64,000 nt of DNA from Eledone cirrhosa (GCA_964016885.1 OZ024740.1:55614001-55678000); one strand, 5' to 3'; numbered from the stretch's first letter, positions 1-14,595 are shown. Notes: generated from the letters alone by a model not told the origin. Numbers and translations: made by a program.

Positions 1-18
1 ACGGCACTGATCTCAGCC

Positions 19-1750
19 ATGAACAGATCAAGCCTCACTAGAAGAGAAGTAGACATAATAATAACAGCTAGAAAAACTTTACTAGAATTCGACGGAAGAC
101 TATGGGAACGACAGAATAGACCAGATAGCTTCGACATCACCATGGGATCGACTGACTCTGCACAGGTTACAGATGTAGTAGGCATATACCTCCTAAACGT
201 ATTAACAGACGAGATCCCCTCCTTGGGTGGTGGCTTATACCGGGATGATGCCCTACTATTGACTCGTGGACTTAATAACAGCCAATTAAATAGAATACAC
301 AAACGACTTAGGTACATCTTTAAGACTCAAGGTTTAGCAGTAGAAATTGAACCTTACAATAGGACAGTTCACTTTTTAGACGTCACCCTAGAATTAGACT
401 CAGGCCTCTACCGTCCATACCACAAACCTAATGAAAATCTTAGATACGTCAATAGAAACTCCAACCACCCTAGGAGCATAATTAACTCTATAGTTAAAAG
501 CGTCTCCAACAGAGTGTCCACACTGTCGGCTAATGAAAACATCTTCAAGCAGCACGCGGAATACTACAACTCCGCACTTATAAACGCTGGTTATACTGAG
601 AAGATTTCTTACATCGACCCAAATAGAACCGTAACACCGCTAAACATAGCAGGACCCTTAGAAACGAACTTGGAAGAAACCTCCACACCTAGGACACACA
701 ATAACCTTAGACGATCCCTAGCCGGCAGCGCAGACAGCACCACACATAACTGTCTAGGAGATAAAGCCATACTCTCCAGCCCCAATAACAACTCCGTCTA
801 TCGCACACGTTTGCGTACCAATAGAGACAAGGGACATAACGCCAATAGATTACCTGGAACCTATATGAAACATACGCCTGACCAAAACACATACAAACTA
901 CCACCCAACCACAAAAACCTCACTAAACAACGCATAAAACGAAGTAGACCTGTCACGTGGTATAACCCCCCCCCCCCCCAATTCTATACACGTCGCCACT
1001 AACATACCGGGAACCTTTTTCAGGGCTCTCGAACAATGTTTTCCACACACACACAAATACCACAAGTTCTTCAATAGACACACCGTAAAATTCTCTTTCT
1101 CCACAGCACCAAACCTAGGCCACACAATAGCACACACTAATAGGGCAAAAATACGAAAACACATGGTTTCCCCTCAACAAACCACCACCAAAACCCAGAA
1201 TGAAACCACACACACAACACAACACAACAACCCACACACCACACCCACACCGCATGACACCAACCGCCATCGTTCCACCACACCGGTTACACCCAAATGC
1301 AACTGCAAAAAACGAGCCGAATGCCCACTAAACGGGGAGTGCCTCGTTAAGAATATTGTTTACCGGTGTGATGTCACAGCCAGCAATAAGGAGTACTCAT
1401 ATATAGGTGCGACATCCACTACGTTTAAGGAGCGCTTGTATAACCACAGAAGCTCCTTCAAACATAGATTGAAACGACCCCAAACAAAACTGGCTGACTT
1501 GATCTGGGACTTCAAGGACAGAAATATTGAACCCCAGATTTCGTGGTCAGTAAAAAGACGCGTGGCATATATCCCCAGTGACAGAAACCACTGCAGATTA
1601 TGCCTGGCTAAGGCGGTGGAAAAAATTAAATTAAATTCCGCCATAAACTATAGGTCGGACATAATTGTCAATTGCAGACATACTAGGATGAACACCTTTT
1701 CTGCACAAACATTCGAGGGAGGGCCACGCACTAATCATGACCCACCATAA
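19..1750 (+). pseudogene. PLE RT plus GIY-YIG endonuclease ORF, frameshifted
   Basis: ORF 19-1002 (RT) and ORF 1163-1750 (EN) are one ancestral frame, broken near the poly-C run at ~966-979. Confidence 0.88.
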
Positions 1751-2580
1751 TAATAACCACATCTGCCTCGTATCACCATCGCCCATCTCAACGAATTTTA
1801 ATTCTAATCTTACTTTACTTTATCTTATTTTATTATATTGCATTTAACCATATGTAAGCCCGTATTTTGTATATCATGCCGCATACATAACCCGCACCAA
1901 AAATCACACTAACCATGGCACACCATATTAATAACCACCTATACTCTGTCTCACCATCGCCCATCTCAATGAACTTATTGTATTGTACTCCATGTAACCA
2001 TTTCTAAGCCTGCATTTGTATATCATGCCGCACACATCACCATCACCACCACCAAATTCACATCAACATACACACCTCATCGTTGCAACATCGTATTAGA
2101 TCGGTTTCCTATGATAGGTTTTACCTTGCAATCCACAATGACAAGGGATCTTGTAAATACAATGTCGATCATATCACACCATCGCCACCACCACCACACC
2201 ACACATCGTCATATGTCTACCATACACACCTACAACCTCATCCCCCCATGTTCCCTCTGTCTACCCTAACCTACAACCCCACGCTAAATTTGACCCTGTA
2301 ATTGTACTGTCGCACGCACACACAACCACCGCCACCACTAGATACATCCAAATACTTCAACAATCATTATCATTAACATCATCAACACATATCACCCCTC
2401 GCTCCCAGATCGACTGTATTATATACCCCCCGCATTCGTCTGCCTTACCCTATAACACACCGTAACCTCTGATTGTGTAATCATCTTGTCGAACATATCA
2501 CCCCAGCACCACCACCATCACCACGCATAGTTATATGTATGTGTGTGTGTGTATGTGAACACATGTGTATACATATGTGA

Positions 2581-2614
<34 letters not shown>

Positions 2615-3628
2615 GTGTATATATATGTGTATGTGTATGCGTATGTGTATGTGTGTGTGTATATGTATGTGTATGCATGTGTGTATATGTGTACGTCTAC
2701 ATATATGTATATTGGTGAACCTGACTGTATGTGTAGGTGAGCTCATGTATGTACAAGTATGTGTACATGTGCGTGGATGTGTGTGTTGTCTGTACATGTG
2801 TGTATATATATATATATATACGTGTGAGTATACGTGTGTGTGAGTGTGTATGTGTATATTTTGTATACGTGAGTGTGAGTCCATGTACTCATACCCATAT
2901 GTGTGTATGGGTATATGTATGTGTATGAAACACCTTCTACATTCCCTCTCACCTTCCCCCATCTCTGTCGTTCGCCACCTCCACTGATACTCCCCCATGT
3001 CCATATTCGTGCTCGCATGCGCGCATGCACATACATGTGTGTACATATACATATGGCTGTGTGTGAGCGTGTGTCGATATGTGTGGGCAAGGATGTGCGT
3101 ATGTGTTTTTGTGGTGTGTGTGTTTATACAACAATATGTGTGCACATATATACATATATGTGTGTGCGTATACGTATATACAAAGTATCTGTCAGACGAA
3201 GAGCGTCTAGCTATGTATCTAGGTAAGGACCTTGACGCCACCAATACATCCACCACACCACCACAAACGCCGCTACCATAGACAACGGCACCAATACCAT
3301 ACCCCCACACACACGCCAACCCGTCTACTGACAATCCACTAACCTCATACCACAGCCCATCCCACTAAGCAACCATAACCACCACCATATCATCACATCC
3401 ACCCACACATACTCTACACGCCAAGGCCAACCCACCACCATCACACCACAACCCATCTCATCCACCCACGTCACCAACATCTCACCATCACACCCATCGC
3501 CATATACACTACAGGCCTATACATCGCCTTGATCCTTCCCACCAATCAAAACAACTCATTTTGTCAAACTCTTGAATCTCTGACTTTACCACATAGCATG
3601 TATTTCATTTTCTTATAGCATTTTAAGA

Positions 3629-3715
3629 GGGTCGGTCGAGCTGCCGATTATTGAGTCAGGTAGGATCGATATAGAACGAACCTTGAGCTGATCAGTGGCG
3701 AAACGCGCGTCACCT
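3629..3715 (+). ncRNA. degenerate hammerhead ribozyme at the PLE 3' end
   Basis: Stem I GGGU/ACCU, mutated core CGGUCGA, stem II GCUGCCGAUUA/UGAUCAGUGGC, then GAAAC-GCGC-GUC. Confidence 0.55.
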
Positions 3716-4207
3716 ATCAATAAATGCAATGAAGGAATATATATATAAAATTATATATGCGAGGAAATAATAGACAAAAATATACCTATTTTTTCTTCAA
3801 CATCCCGACACTAGTTTCGCCGAAATTTCTTGCAGCAATCCTGCACTATAAAAGTGCCCCATCGCTGTGAGGATATGAGACTCATCATGATACTCCTCAG
3901 GTTAGTGGACTGTTACAAGTAACCAGACCGTTGCAAGTGAATAATTCTCGGGAGGTGGAGGGAGAACTAACACGTGATACAGCGGTCATAGAAGTAAGGT
4001 AAAGGCTGGACATTTAGCGAGCACCGTATTTGCTAGAAAAAGTAGTTAATCCACGCCTGGTTAACTCAACCATAAGTGAGTTTGGGACAAAATAGTAATG
4101 AGATAAACAAACAGATAGATAGGTACATGTGTGTGCGCAGCTCGAGCTTTGATCCGTTTCGCTCAATGACCGAAAGAGTTGAAATAATCAATTAATCAAA
4201 GCTATTT

Positions 4208-4277
<70 letters not shown>

Positions 4278-4292
4278 CATATATATATCCCG

Positions 4293-4448
4293 TATACCTT
4301 TCTGCCAGATGGTTGAACGTCCGAAAGTATATACTTTCCTTATGAAAATTAACGGCTGAGCAGCCTAATTTGCATATCGAGTGAGTTCAGTCGGCCAGGC
4401 GCACCGAAAACGATAAATGGACGTTCAACCATCTGGCAGAAAGGTATA
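4293..4448. repeat. 30-bp perfect inverted repeat next to (TA)n
   Basis: tatacctttctgccagatggttgaacgtcc (4293-4322) is the reverse complement of 4419-4448. Confidence 0.9.
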
Positions 4449-4489
4449 TGGTGCTGACGATAGCTAATAAGCTTGAAACTAGTACATCG
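4449..4489 (+). ncRNA. minimal type I hammerhead ribozyme
   Basis: UGGUG-CUGACGA-U-AGCU aaua AGCU-U-GAAAC-UA-GUA-CAUCG, with palindromic stem III ACUAGU. Confidence 0.75.
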
Positions 4490-5513
4490 TTCCTGTGTCA
4501 GTGTTGAACAAAAAGGTGACGTGGTTGCCTAAACACTGTACGGCGTAATTCAGGCTGTTTGTTTGTTTACAAACGAACAAACCGAGCATTATAATAAATG
4601 TTCGGTAAACTGATACGTGCATATATGTATGTGTGCCTGTATGTATATATATACATGCTACTGTACGTCTGTATACATATATGTATGTACGTATACATAC
4701 ATACCTATATATATATACATATATATATATCTAGCAATGCGCCTGAAATCTGCCGTGGGAGATGAGGTACGGGCGCGAAAAGATTGCGTATTCCTCGACC
4801 CCAAAGACGTTTCGGAATGTCAGCAAACCGCAACCATTAGAAATTAAAACGTGTGTTTGTATATAAGAGTGTAAGTGTACACGTATATGTCTATTTGATG
4901 TAGAACGCGTTGTAAAAGCTTCCAGTGTACTAATTTCAGGAAATTGTTACTACATCTTTTTAAATGAATACATACCACCTGAGAAATTATAATTTGAAAC
5001 TTGAAACATTTTACAGCTTAGATAACCTATTGTTTTCCGATTAAAACTGAACAAATTTGTTCTCTCCACGACATAAGAATTATCACCAAACATCTCGTTG
5101 ATATGGAGAAAAATTGCTTGCTGAGAACATTGTAACGTAATTACATTTGTCTACGTGATACATATTTGAAGCAAATTTATTATGTTAATAAAATTATCTA
5201 TTTCATACATCTTTTATACATACACCAGCGTGTGTAGACGTATATGCTAACACACTTGTGCGCTAACGTACATGTATCTATATGCACGCATGATACCGAT
5301 CAAATACATTCATTACTCGCATATTTATTTTGCACATGTATATATAGGCATGTGTGTGTGTGTGTGTGCAAATTGTTGTGTTTACGTGTGTACGTGTATA
5401 TATATATATATATATACACATACCCTTACACATATACATATGCACACATATAATACCTATACATTTATATTCAGAGTATTTGGCTCACACTATACACGCA
5501 CGCAACAACACAC

Positions 5514-5565
<52 letters not shown>

Positions 5566-5582
5566 TTATGTGTATTTATGTG

Positions 5583-5618
<36 letters not shown>

Positions 5619-5677
5619 TATATAAATGAAAAGTAGAGAAATTATTATGAGCATATATATATATATAAATATATATG

Positions 5678-5786
<109 letters not shown>

Positions 5787-6114
5787 TCTTTTACCTTTTT
5801 ACCTGTTTCAGTCAACCAGCTGAGGTCATGCTGGGGCATATATATATAAATATATATATAAATATATATATATACGAATAATTATGTACATATATCTATA
5901 TATAAAAGTATGTATTCTTTGTTTGTGTGTATGTGTGCGGGCGTGTGAGTGTGTGTGTGTGTGTGTAGATGTGATTCCGCGTGTGTGTGTAGATGTGATT
6001 TTGTGTGTGTGTGCATGCGCGTGTGTGCATGTGTGTGTGTGTGCGTGTGTAGATGTGATTGTGTGTGTGTTTGTGTGCATGTGTGCATGTGTGCATGTGT
6101 GCATGTGTGTGTGT

Positions 6115-6160
<46 letters not shown>

Positions 6161-6575
6161 TTTCATACTGGGGTGTCTTAGATTATGCTGCTCAATATAA
6201 AAAAAGACAAACATGATGACACGAAGTAAAGAATGAAAATAAAAATGAGAGGAATACCTGAAATGTTTGTTTATTTTCCATTAGCTATGAGTTTCCTGAA
6301 AAATCTCTTCCCTCAGTAGTGACTGTGTTTCACTCTATTTAGAATCAAATCTAATCACAGTATGAAACATTTCAGTTATCACTCAGTTGAAAAAGAAAAT
6401 GAAAAGACAAAAATAAAAACGTGAAAATGGAGAAAATCAAATCAATGTTTGAGCGTTTCATAACGTTGATATGTGTTATAGAAATGGATTCCTTAATTCT
6501 CTCTTTATATTAAAATAAAAATAGATATCTTCACAAATAAATATATATGTGAAACGATACTTTCGTGTATATCTG

Positions 6576-6614
<39 letters not shown>

Positions 6615-6693
6615 ATACATATATATATATATATATGTATATGTAGGTATATGTGTGTATATATATATATATATACATATGTATGTATATATT

Positions 6694-6724
<31 letters not shown>

Positions 6725-6965
6725 GTGTGTAAATTAAAGAAAAACATATATTAAATGTGTGTGTGTGTGCAAGTGCGTGTGTATGGTGAGTGTGTGTGGT
6801 GAATATGTATGTGTGTGTACACACGTGTATATATGTATTTTTGAATGTTTGCTGTAATACGTGACGAATAATCAAATGCTAAAATAGACTTATATTGAAT
6901 TGGTTCGTACAAATTTATATATTTACCAGTATGAGGATTGTACATACATATACACATTAGCATAT

Positions 6966-6998
<33 letters not shown>

Positions 6999-6999
6999 T

Positions 7000-7052
<53 letters not shown>

Positions 7053-7098
7053 ATATATACACACATACATATATATGATTAAATATATAATTATATAC

Positions 7099-7129
<31 letters not shown>

Positions 7130-7130
7130 C

Positions 7131-7184
<54 letters not shown>

Positions 7185-7729
7185 TTATATACATATGTAT
7201 GCTAATATACTTTTAGAGCTTTGAAATACATTTATGTGTACTCATATACATAACTAGATGTGTATGCAAGTGTGTGTGAGTACACTCCAACACATACACA
7301 TAAAATCATACACTTACACGCTCATACACTTATCCGTATACATATACATGTACACTTTATTTTAATTACTTCTCTTCTAGATGCACACGCGATAAAAGGA
7401 AGACAAAAAATTGAGAAAATGTGTGGGTGAAAATAATGACTACAACTTTGTTCCGTTTCTACACGACGTTTTTGACACTTGCAGAGCAAGTTCAATCTTT
7501 TAGAGAGAGAAAAAAATTATTAACGAACATTGTCACTGTTATTTCTGTTTGCTGACGGTGTATACATTTAATAGTTCTGTGAATAATAGATTGCAATGAA
7601 CACTAGTTTCGGATAGGAATTGGTATCCTGATAGAATTACAAGCGATAGATTGGAGGATTTCCTCCTTGCTTTGTGTTTTAATCTGATCGTTCGCCAGCA
7701 TGATATATATATACACACACACACACACC

Positions 7730-7832
<103 letters not shown>

Positions 7833-8629
7833 CTATATACATAAGTGTATGTGTGTATGTGTATGTGTATGTGATTGTGTATGTGAGTGCATGTGTGTGC
7901 GTGCGCGTGAGTGTATCAATATCGGCAAACGATGGGAATTTAGAAAAACAAATTTATTGAAAATTGCCTGCGGCGAAAAATATGAGGTAATGATTTTCAG
8001 GAAATAATTGAAAACTATAGATTAATTTTTGCAGTAATAGTTTTTATTGTAGTATCATGAAATAATAACGCGTTGTAAAATTGTCTTGAAATGTGCTTAA
8101 CAGAAGTCAGAAAGGTTAAATCAAAGCAATGTTTCAAAAATCAGTTTCGCGAGTCTGTATTTATAAATCCTAGAAAGAGTGATATGAATATGCTTTTAGA
8201 ATGAACTCAATAGATTTGAAACATTTCACGCCACGAATTCTTCAAACAAATTGGATGGAATATTAATATCAAATTTAAAACAAGCTTAGCAAAATATTTG
8301 TTTTTGATGTTTTAAAAATATTTTGATTTATAGTATTGTTTTAGACATGCAAATCGCAAATAGTTTTGCAAATTTAATTAATAAACAAAACAAAAGTAAT
8401 CAAGACATAGTAAAGACTTTCATTGTTAAAAAAAAACAATTTTGTTCAAGTTTTATTTTGTTTATAACGTTTGATATGATTCACATTATTATTTTATTCT
8501 GAAGATTTTCCGCTCTCATCAATGTGTACGTTCTCCTGCCAAGCCATTGTCCTACCCATTCACTCATCAATTCACCAGTAACTCACATTCTCATAACTTC
8601 TTCAAATTTACCACTTTTAAAATCTATGA

Positions 8630-10490
8630 CTTGAATTAAACATTCGCCATTAAGGGGGCATGTATCAGAGTTTCTTCAGTTACATTTTTATTATCGTTAG
8701 ATAATATGTCGTTATTTAAGTTATAATTATGTATATTTATTGCAGCTTGGGATCCAGTTGTTAATTATTCCGTTTTCTCTTATCTCTAGATTGGTTGCGG
8801 GATTATTATATTTTACTAATTTCTTATTATTATTGACTGAAAAGAAGTTAGTTAGCTATATTAGGGGTAGTAGAGTATGGTATTTTAATAGTATTTTTAT
8901 TAAAGATTAAGTGATAGCGGTGGGTTGGAGGGAAATTTTCTTTTAAGATATTAAAGAATATTTGTCGTACATTGGTTTATTTGCTGAAATGAGGATTGAA
9001 CCACTTAGTAGAGTTTCTGCGATTTCATTTACGATCCCTTATTGGTGTATACTGTGTTTTAGGTTTATTTTGGTTATCACTACGTTCGTTAAGATTTTTA
9101 TTAGTACCAGGTTTATAGTTACGTTTGCATGTAGCTCGATTTGGGATTTTGGTGTTTATTATATTATTGTTAACGGATTTTTCATTTTTCGTCTAATCTT
9201 ATTATATTCGTAGTGTTTGCTATTTGTACGTATACACTCTTCTGTGTTTAATTTGTGTGTTCCTGTTATTATATTTCGTAGGTGAGTATATCTTTCCCCA
9301 TTCATTATCTTCATTATTATTCCTTCCCGGTCTTGAATGATTTTTAGGTTTAGTGATTTTATTAATATTAGTGTTTAAGTTGGTCTATGTTATGTGAGAT
9401 TATATTACGTGCTTTTTCATAAGGGGTTTTCAGTATAAGTTATTTCATCCCTATTCCCTGATCTGCTTAATGCTAATCTATAGTATTGAGGACTCCGGTT
9501 AATTATATCTTGGTTAGAGGACAGCTTAGAGATACGGTTGGATATGTTATTGTTTAAAGGGGTAAATATTGATTTAGGGTGGTTAGATAGTCTATTTACG
9601 TAGAATAAGTGTTCACCTGGTTTATGGAACGATTTACATAAAGCAGATTCTAAGTTTAAGTCAACATCTAGAAAGCTGACTATTTTATTATTAGTATATA
9701 TTGTAATTGTTAGATTGTATTCTTTAAAGAACATATGAAGGCGTTTTTTGGTTAGTTTAAGGTTTCTCTTATTTCTATTGATGGTGAATAGGGCACCATC
9801 GCGACATAATCCTACTTTAAGGCAGGGAAAATGCATTTAAGTTTATTTAGTAAGAAAAACCTACTAAATCAGTGACTTTATGTCGCAGATTTTAGGGCGG
9901 TGTTTTAGGTCCCAATAGCTACCATCAAATTCTATTATAGTTTTACTAACTGTTAGTATTTTATCAATTTCTGCTTTAGTTAAATTGTTTGCGCTCTTTA
10001 CCATAATTAGGGCTCTGTTCAAAAGATTAGGAAATATAGATTAGTAATATGTGTCAATATCAAGCTGTAAGAATGGTAATATGCGTGTAGTTTGGAGGTT
10101 GGTAAACCAGATTAATATCTCTGTTGTGTGTCTCCATACATTTAATGTAAGTTTCTGTTTTAAAGTTGGGATTATTCTATCACATATTTGTTTACTGATC
10201 CTACTTATATCCAACGTGGACGGGCAAATTAGTCTCATTGAGAGGTTATTATTGAGTCTACTTTATGCTCTTTAATGTAAATCTGGGTGTTTTTTATGAA
10301 GTGTAAGGTTCAGTCTGTTTACTAGGATAATCACCTCTTTATTTATTTTGAGGAGGTTCTCATTTGTACTTTTCTGGTAGTTCTTAAGTTCTCTATATAT
10401 GAATTATTTGTATCTGGTTAAATCGACGCAATACACATTGTTACTTTTGTCAGCCATTACAAATAAACTCTTTTGTTATTTGAAGTTAAT
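8630..10490 (-). mobile_element. decayed Naiad-type PLE (RT and linker; endonuclease truncated)
   Basis: Minus strand gives ADKS, RLICPS, LDIDTYY, VGLCRDG, FLDVDLNL, YVNRLSNHP, KWFNP and CN*RNSDTCPLNGEC, with many stops and frameshifts. Confidence 0.85.
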
Positions 10491-10610
10491 CACGAATGAA
10501 TGCGATATTCTAACCGCGTTGAAACGTTCGTTGAAACGTTCGTTGTATAAATAAATAATAATATTTTATCATTGCTTTTCTTAAAATTTGAAACACACAC
10601 ACATATGCAC

Positions 10611-10731
<121 letters not shown>

Positions 10732-11229
10732 ATTAGTTACAACAGTGACATGTACAGGTATTTAAGTTCCGTTGGATTATCCCCCCCTTAACTCCACAGA
10801 TTGATTTGAAATACGCGACAGATCTTCAAGGGCTGATCATTTAGAATTCAGCTCTAAACACATCGTAATGAGGTATCTATCAAAACAACTGTTAAGAGGA
10901 GGGACTTGTGCTAAGTTATTAATTCGAAAATACCTGCCTTTAAAGAACTCTCGTGTATTTTATTCAAACCTCAAATCAACCTGTAAATGTAGCTATTTTT
11001 ATTTTAAATAACAGGCTGAATGAATTGGGGTGTATAACCCAATGAAATTTAAGTAGCTGTGTATGTCACTTTTGTAACTAATTATACTTAACCCGTCCTA
11101 TGGACGGGGTATTCTTACCCTTGTATATTTCTACGAAACTTGTGCTAAGGTGACAAGCTCCAGAAGCATATTGAAACCAATAGCTTCACACACAGCGCTC
11201 TATATATCAGAGTTCCCGACACAACGAGA

Positions 11230-12430
11230 AAATGGAACTGCGAGAGAGCGACGACTCCCTGAAGAATATACGGACCCCTTCACGTAGGACTTACTCTAAA
11301 CTTCTCCGCCACAAATTTGAAGATGTGGTCAAGCAATTGAGATGGAAAACTATTAAAGAAAACTATTAAGTTCAGCTAATATTTTCAACCTGAAGTCTAG
11401 GAAGAACCCGCCAGAGTTAAATGGACTCGCTAGTTTTGAAGCTAATATTCTTAATCTAGTTGCTAACATATCTTTCCGCAAACACTCCAACTCCTTTCAA
11501 AATAAAGTAAGTAGAGACATGAAAATTTCAGATTCCCTGATAAAACTGTCGTCCTATCACATAAACTAACAATCCTTATGAATTAGATCATTCAAACTAC
11601 AACAAACTTCTGAAAAAAACATACAGTCCAAATATAAAAAAGATGACCCTGTTACTTATTATGCCATCAATATTGTGCGAAGCATATAGCCACCAGCCTC
11701 AAAGTAGATAACAAGTTAGAATACTTGCTTCGGATTGAGGACTATATTACACATACGGCTCATGAAAATGGCTTCATTAATAAACCAACTTGCAGACTCA
11801 TAAACCCTGCCACAAAGGAATTAGGACTTGTTAACAAAAACATACTTTGTAAGATGAACATAGCCATTAGACAACAGTCCACTCTTAATCAGTGGGATAA
11901 TAGTCAGTAGTCATAGATTAGTTTAACGTCTTCAAAGACACTAAGAAGTCTAGGTTCTCTTAATTTGATATAGTTGATTTTTACCCCTCGATATCCAGGA
12001 TATGACTTGATAAGGCTCTTGATTTTACAAGCTATTTCACCAATACAGCGTAGTTGGACCGATTAGTAATATACCGCTGCAGAAAACCCTTCCTCTTTAA
12101 TAATGATGATCCCTAGATAAAGAAATCCACAAACAACGACCCATTTGATGTGCCGATGGGATCATTTGCCAGTGCTGTTATATACGATTTGGTGGACCTA
12201 AGAATCTCGCGGACTTTCATACGGGCCTACATCGTGTGGACGGTCTGGTACTATTGAGCCATATCTACCACCGTCACCAGTGTTAACTTTCTAGAAGTTA
12301 CTTTAGACCGACGATCACGCACATTGAGACTATTCCACAAATCCAGTGAGAATCGTTGGTACATTAATAATAATAGCCACCCCACTATAGTTTTCAAAAA
12401 TCTTTATGATAACATCAGTAAGAATGTATT
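11230..12430 (+). mobile_element. heavily decayed Naiad-type PLE RT fragment
   Basis: LRWK, FNLKSRKNPP, CRLINPA, FDIVDFYPSIS, FDVPMGSF and FLEVTLD appear in shifting frames. Confidence 0.8.
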
Positions 12431-14117
12431 CGTTATATTCTTGATATGGTTTCAATGTATAATCGAACAAACGTGTCCAAGAGTGCTAACCAAATGTATA
12501 TTCGTAATGTGGAAATTGCACGTAAGTTTCGAAAAGTGAATTTGCAAATTATATTATGGCAGTGTCTTAAGTTGCCATTCTAGGGATGGTTATCATTAGT
12601 GAATGGGCTATTGCTTCATTTCTCATCTTTTCCGTTAGTGTTTTCGTCTACTTGCCGACGTTCTAGCAGCTCAGAAGGGATGGTATTTCTATTACGACTG
12701 AAGGAATTATCTATGATGCCATGTCTGAGTTCGTTGTCATACCAAACAAAATATTGAAATTATTATATGTACGTATATGATTATATTGTTATGTATGTTA
12801 ATACACATATATGGAAACCACAACACAAGCGCTCATATCCAACTCCAGATACAGATTTTATGCGACTAATATATCTCCTTTCAAATATTTGTCTAGGCTT
12901 AAATGTAATAAACTGGATATCTACACCTATTGCTGTTTGTATAATATGATACATACTAGAAATATTCGATACAGACAAGAAATAATGATACACACCGCTA
13001 AGGATATGTCTCTGGAGTTAGTCCCGATGTGAAACATTTAGTAGACCACGAAAGAAGGCATTGCTCACAAGAGTAGCAGAAGGGTGGTTAAAGAAAGGTT
13101 CCCTTCGCTGGAGACTTTGTTCAAATGCATAAATCTGAGCGGACAACTCTAAACGCACACAAAGTTTAGGAAATATAGAAAGGTGTGATGGTGTTAAAAT
13201 TGGTAAAGTATTAACTTTTATTATATTGTATAAAATTGGGTCTTTACGTCAATAGATTTACTGAAAGGATCAGCCCTCTTCATTTTACATAGTTGAGGAA
13301 GAGATCTGATGGCATTCTAGCCTTTCGATACTGAATAAATCGAGGAAGTGAAACAGATATAAGAGGGAAGATAACTTATGCAGTACAATTGGTTCACCGG
13401 AAAGAATTTGGCTATGTTAAGTTACATGTTGCTTATTTTAGCACTTTAACCTTGAGTATATAGATTATATCGTATTTCTCGTGAGTATACAACTATATAA
13501 TAGATCTAGACCTTCTATTTTGGTATGCTTGCCGTTAGCAGTAATTCGCCTTTTTCTTAGACGTTCATCTTAATGGATCTGTAAGGAAGTTTATTGAGCT
13601 GAGGGATGTTTAAGGATTGTAGTTGTAGCTTTAGTAAGTCAATATATTTAGTATACTTGCCTGGCCAGTAAGAGATGTGTAAAATATTGTTTTGATCGCG
13701 TCTAGTTTCATATTCCTTGCATCTATTGCTTAACTTCATCGACGCATAAAATCAAATGTATATGAGTGAGTTTATGCGTGTAGGTTTGATTGTGAGTGCA
13801 TGTGGTTTGTTACGTTTTTCTGGATGCATAATGGTGTGTGCGCGTATGTGTGTAAGAAATAGCGTGCGTGCGTGTATTCCTTTCATTGTGACCTTTTAAT
13901 TTTCATTTTTACAGATAAAATTCTGTTTGTCTTCATATTTGAGTTTGTTTAATACTGATAATTTTTGTCTGTTTTCTTTTGTTTAATTAACGTTTCGCTG
14001 TACACCTTATCACCATAATTTCCTATTTTCCTTCTAATTGGCTATTGTGTTTACATTCTATTCCCTGTCTTGACATCCATTAAATGTACTCTAGTTTACA
14101 CTGCTATATGTAACTTC

Positions 14118-14249
<132 letters not shown>

Positions 14250-14291
14250 GTATATATATATAGTATATGTATATATATATATGTATATATA

Positions 14292-14595
14292 TGTAGGAGG
14301 TGAGTTTTATTGTAGCACAATAAATCAATGCAAATATCGGATAAGTAGCACTCAACAGTTTATTGGACTGGAGTATATATAAGAAGAAATTAAAAGATGG
14401 TTAAAAAAGTTCCATGTATTTTATTATGCGCATTTCAAAAACAAATATCATCCTGGGACGATATTTGTGTTCTCATCATATATTTTATCTGATGAGAACG
14501 CAAATATCGTCCCAGAATGATATTTGTTTTTGAAATGCACATAATAAAATACATGGAACTTTTTTAACCATCTTTTAATTTCTTCTTATATGTAT
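14292..14595. mobile_element. short palindromic HHR-bearing element between (TA)n tracts
   Basis: Arms ~14375-14478 and ~14490-14595 are inverted. A homologue lies at 26416-26626. Confidence 0.8.
14481..14551 (+). ncRNA. type I hammerhead ribozyme
   Basis: Stem I UAUUUUAU/AUAAAAUA, CUGAUGA, stem II containing CAAAUAUC/GAUAUUUG, GAAAU-GCAC-AUA. Confidence 0.75.

Larger units (their letters stand above)
1..3725 (+). mobile_element. Naiad-type Penelope-like retroelement, cut by the window start, with a long 3' UTR
   Basis: RT motifs FDITMGS and GLYRDD, thumb YVNRNSNHP, TWYNPP, CNCx5CPLxGxC linker and GIY-YIG (IVYRC..YIGAT..FKERLYNH). A decayed HHR and AATAAA lie near 3630-3724. Confidence 0.85.
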
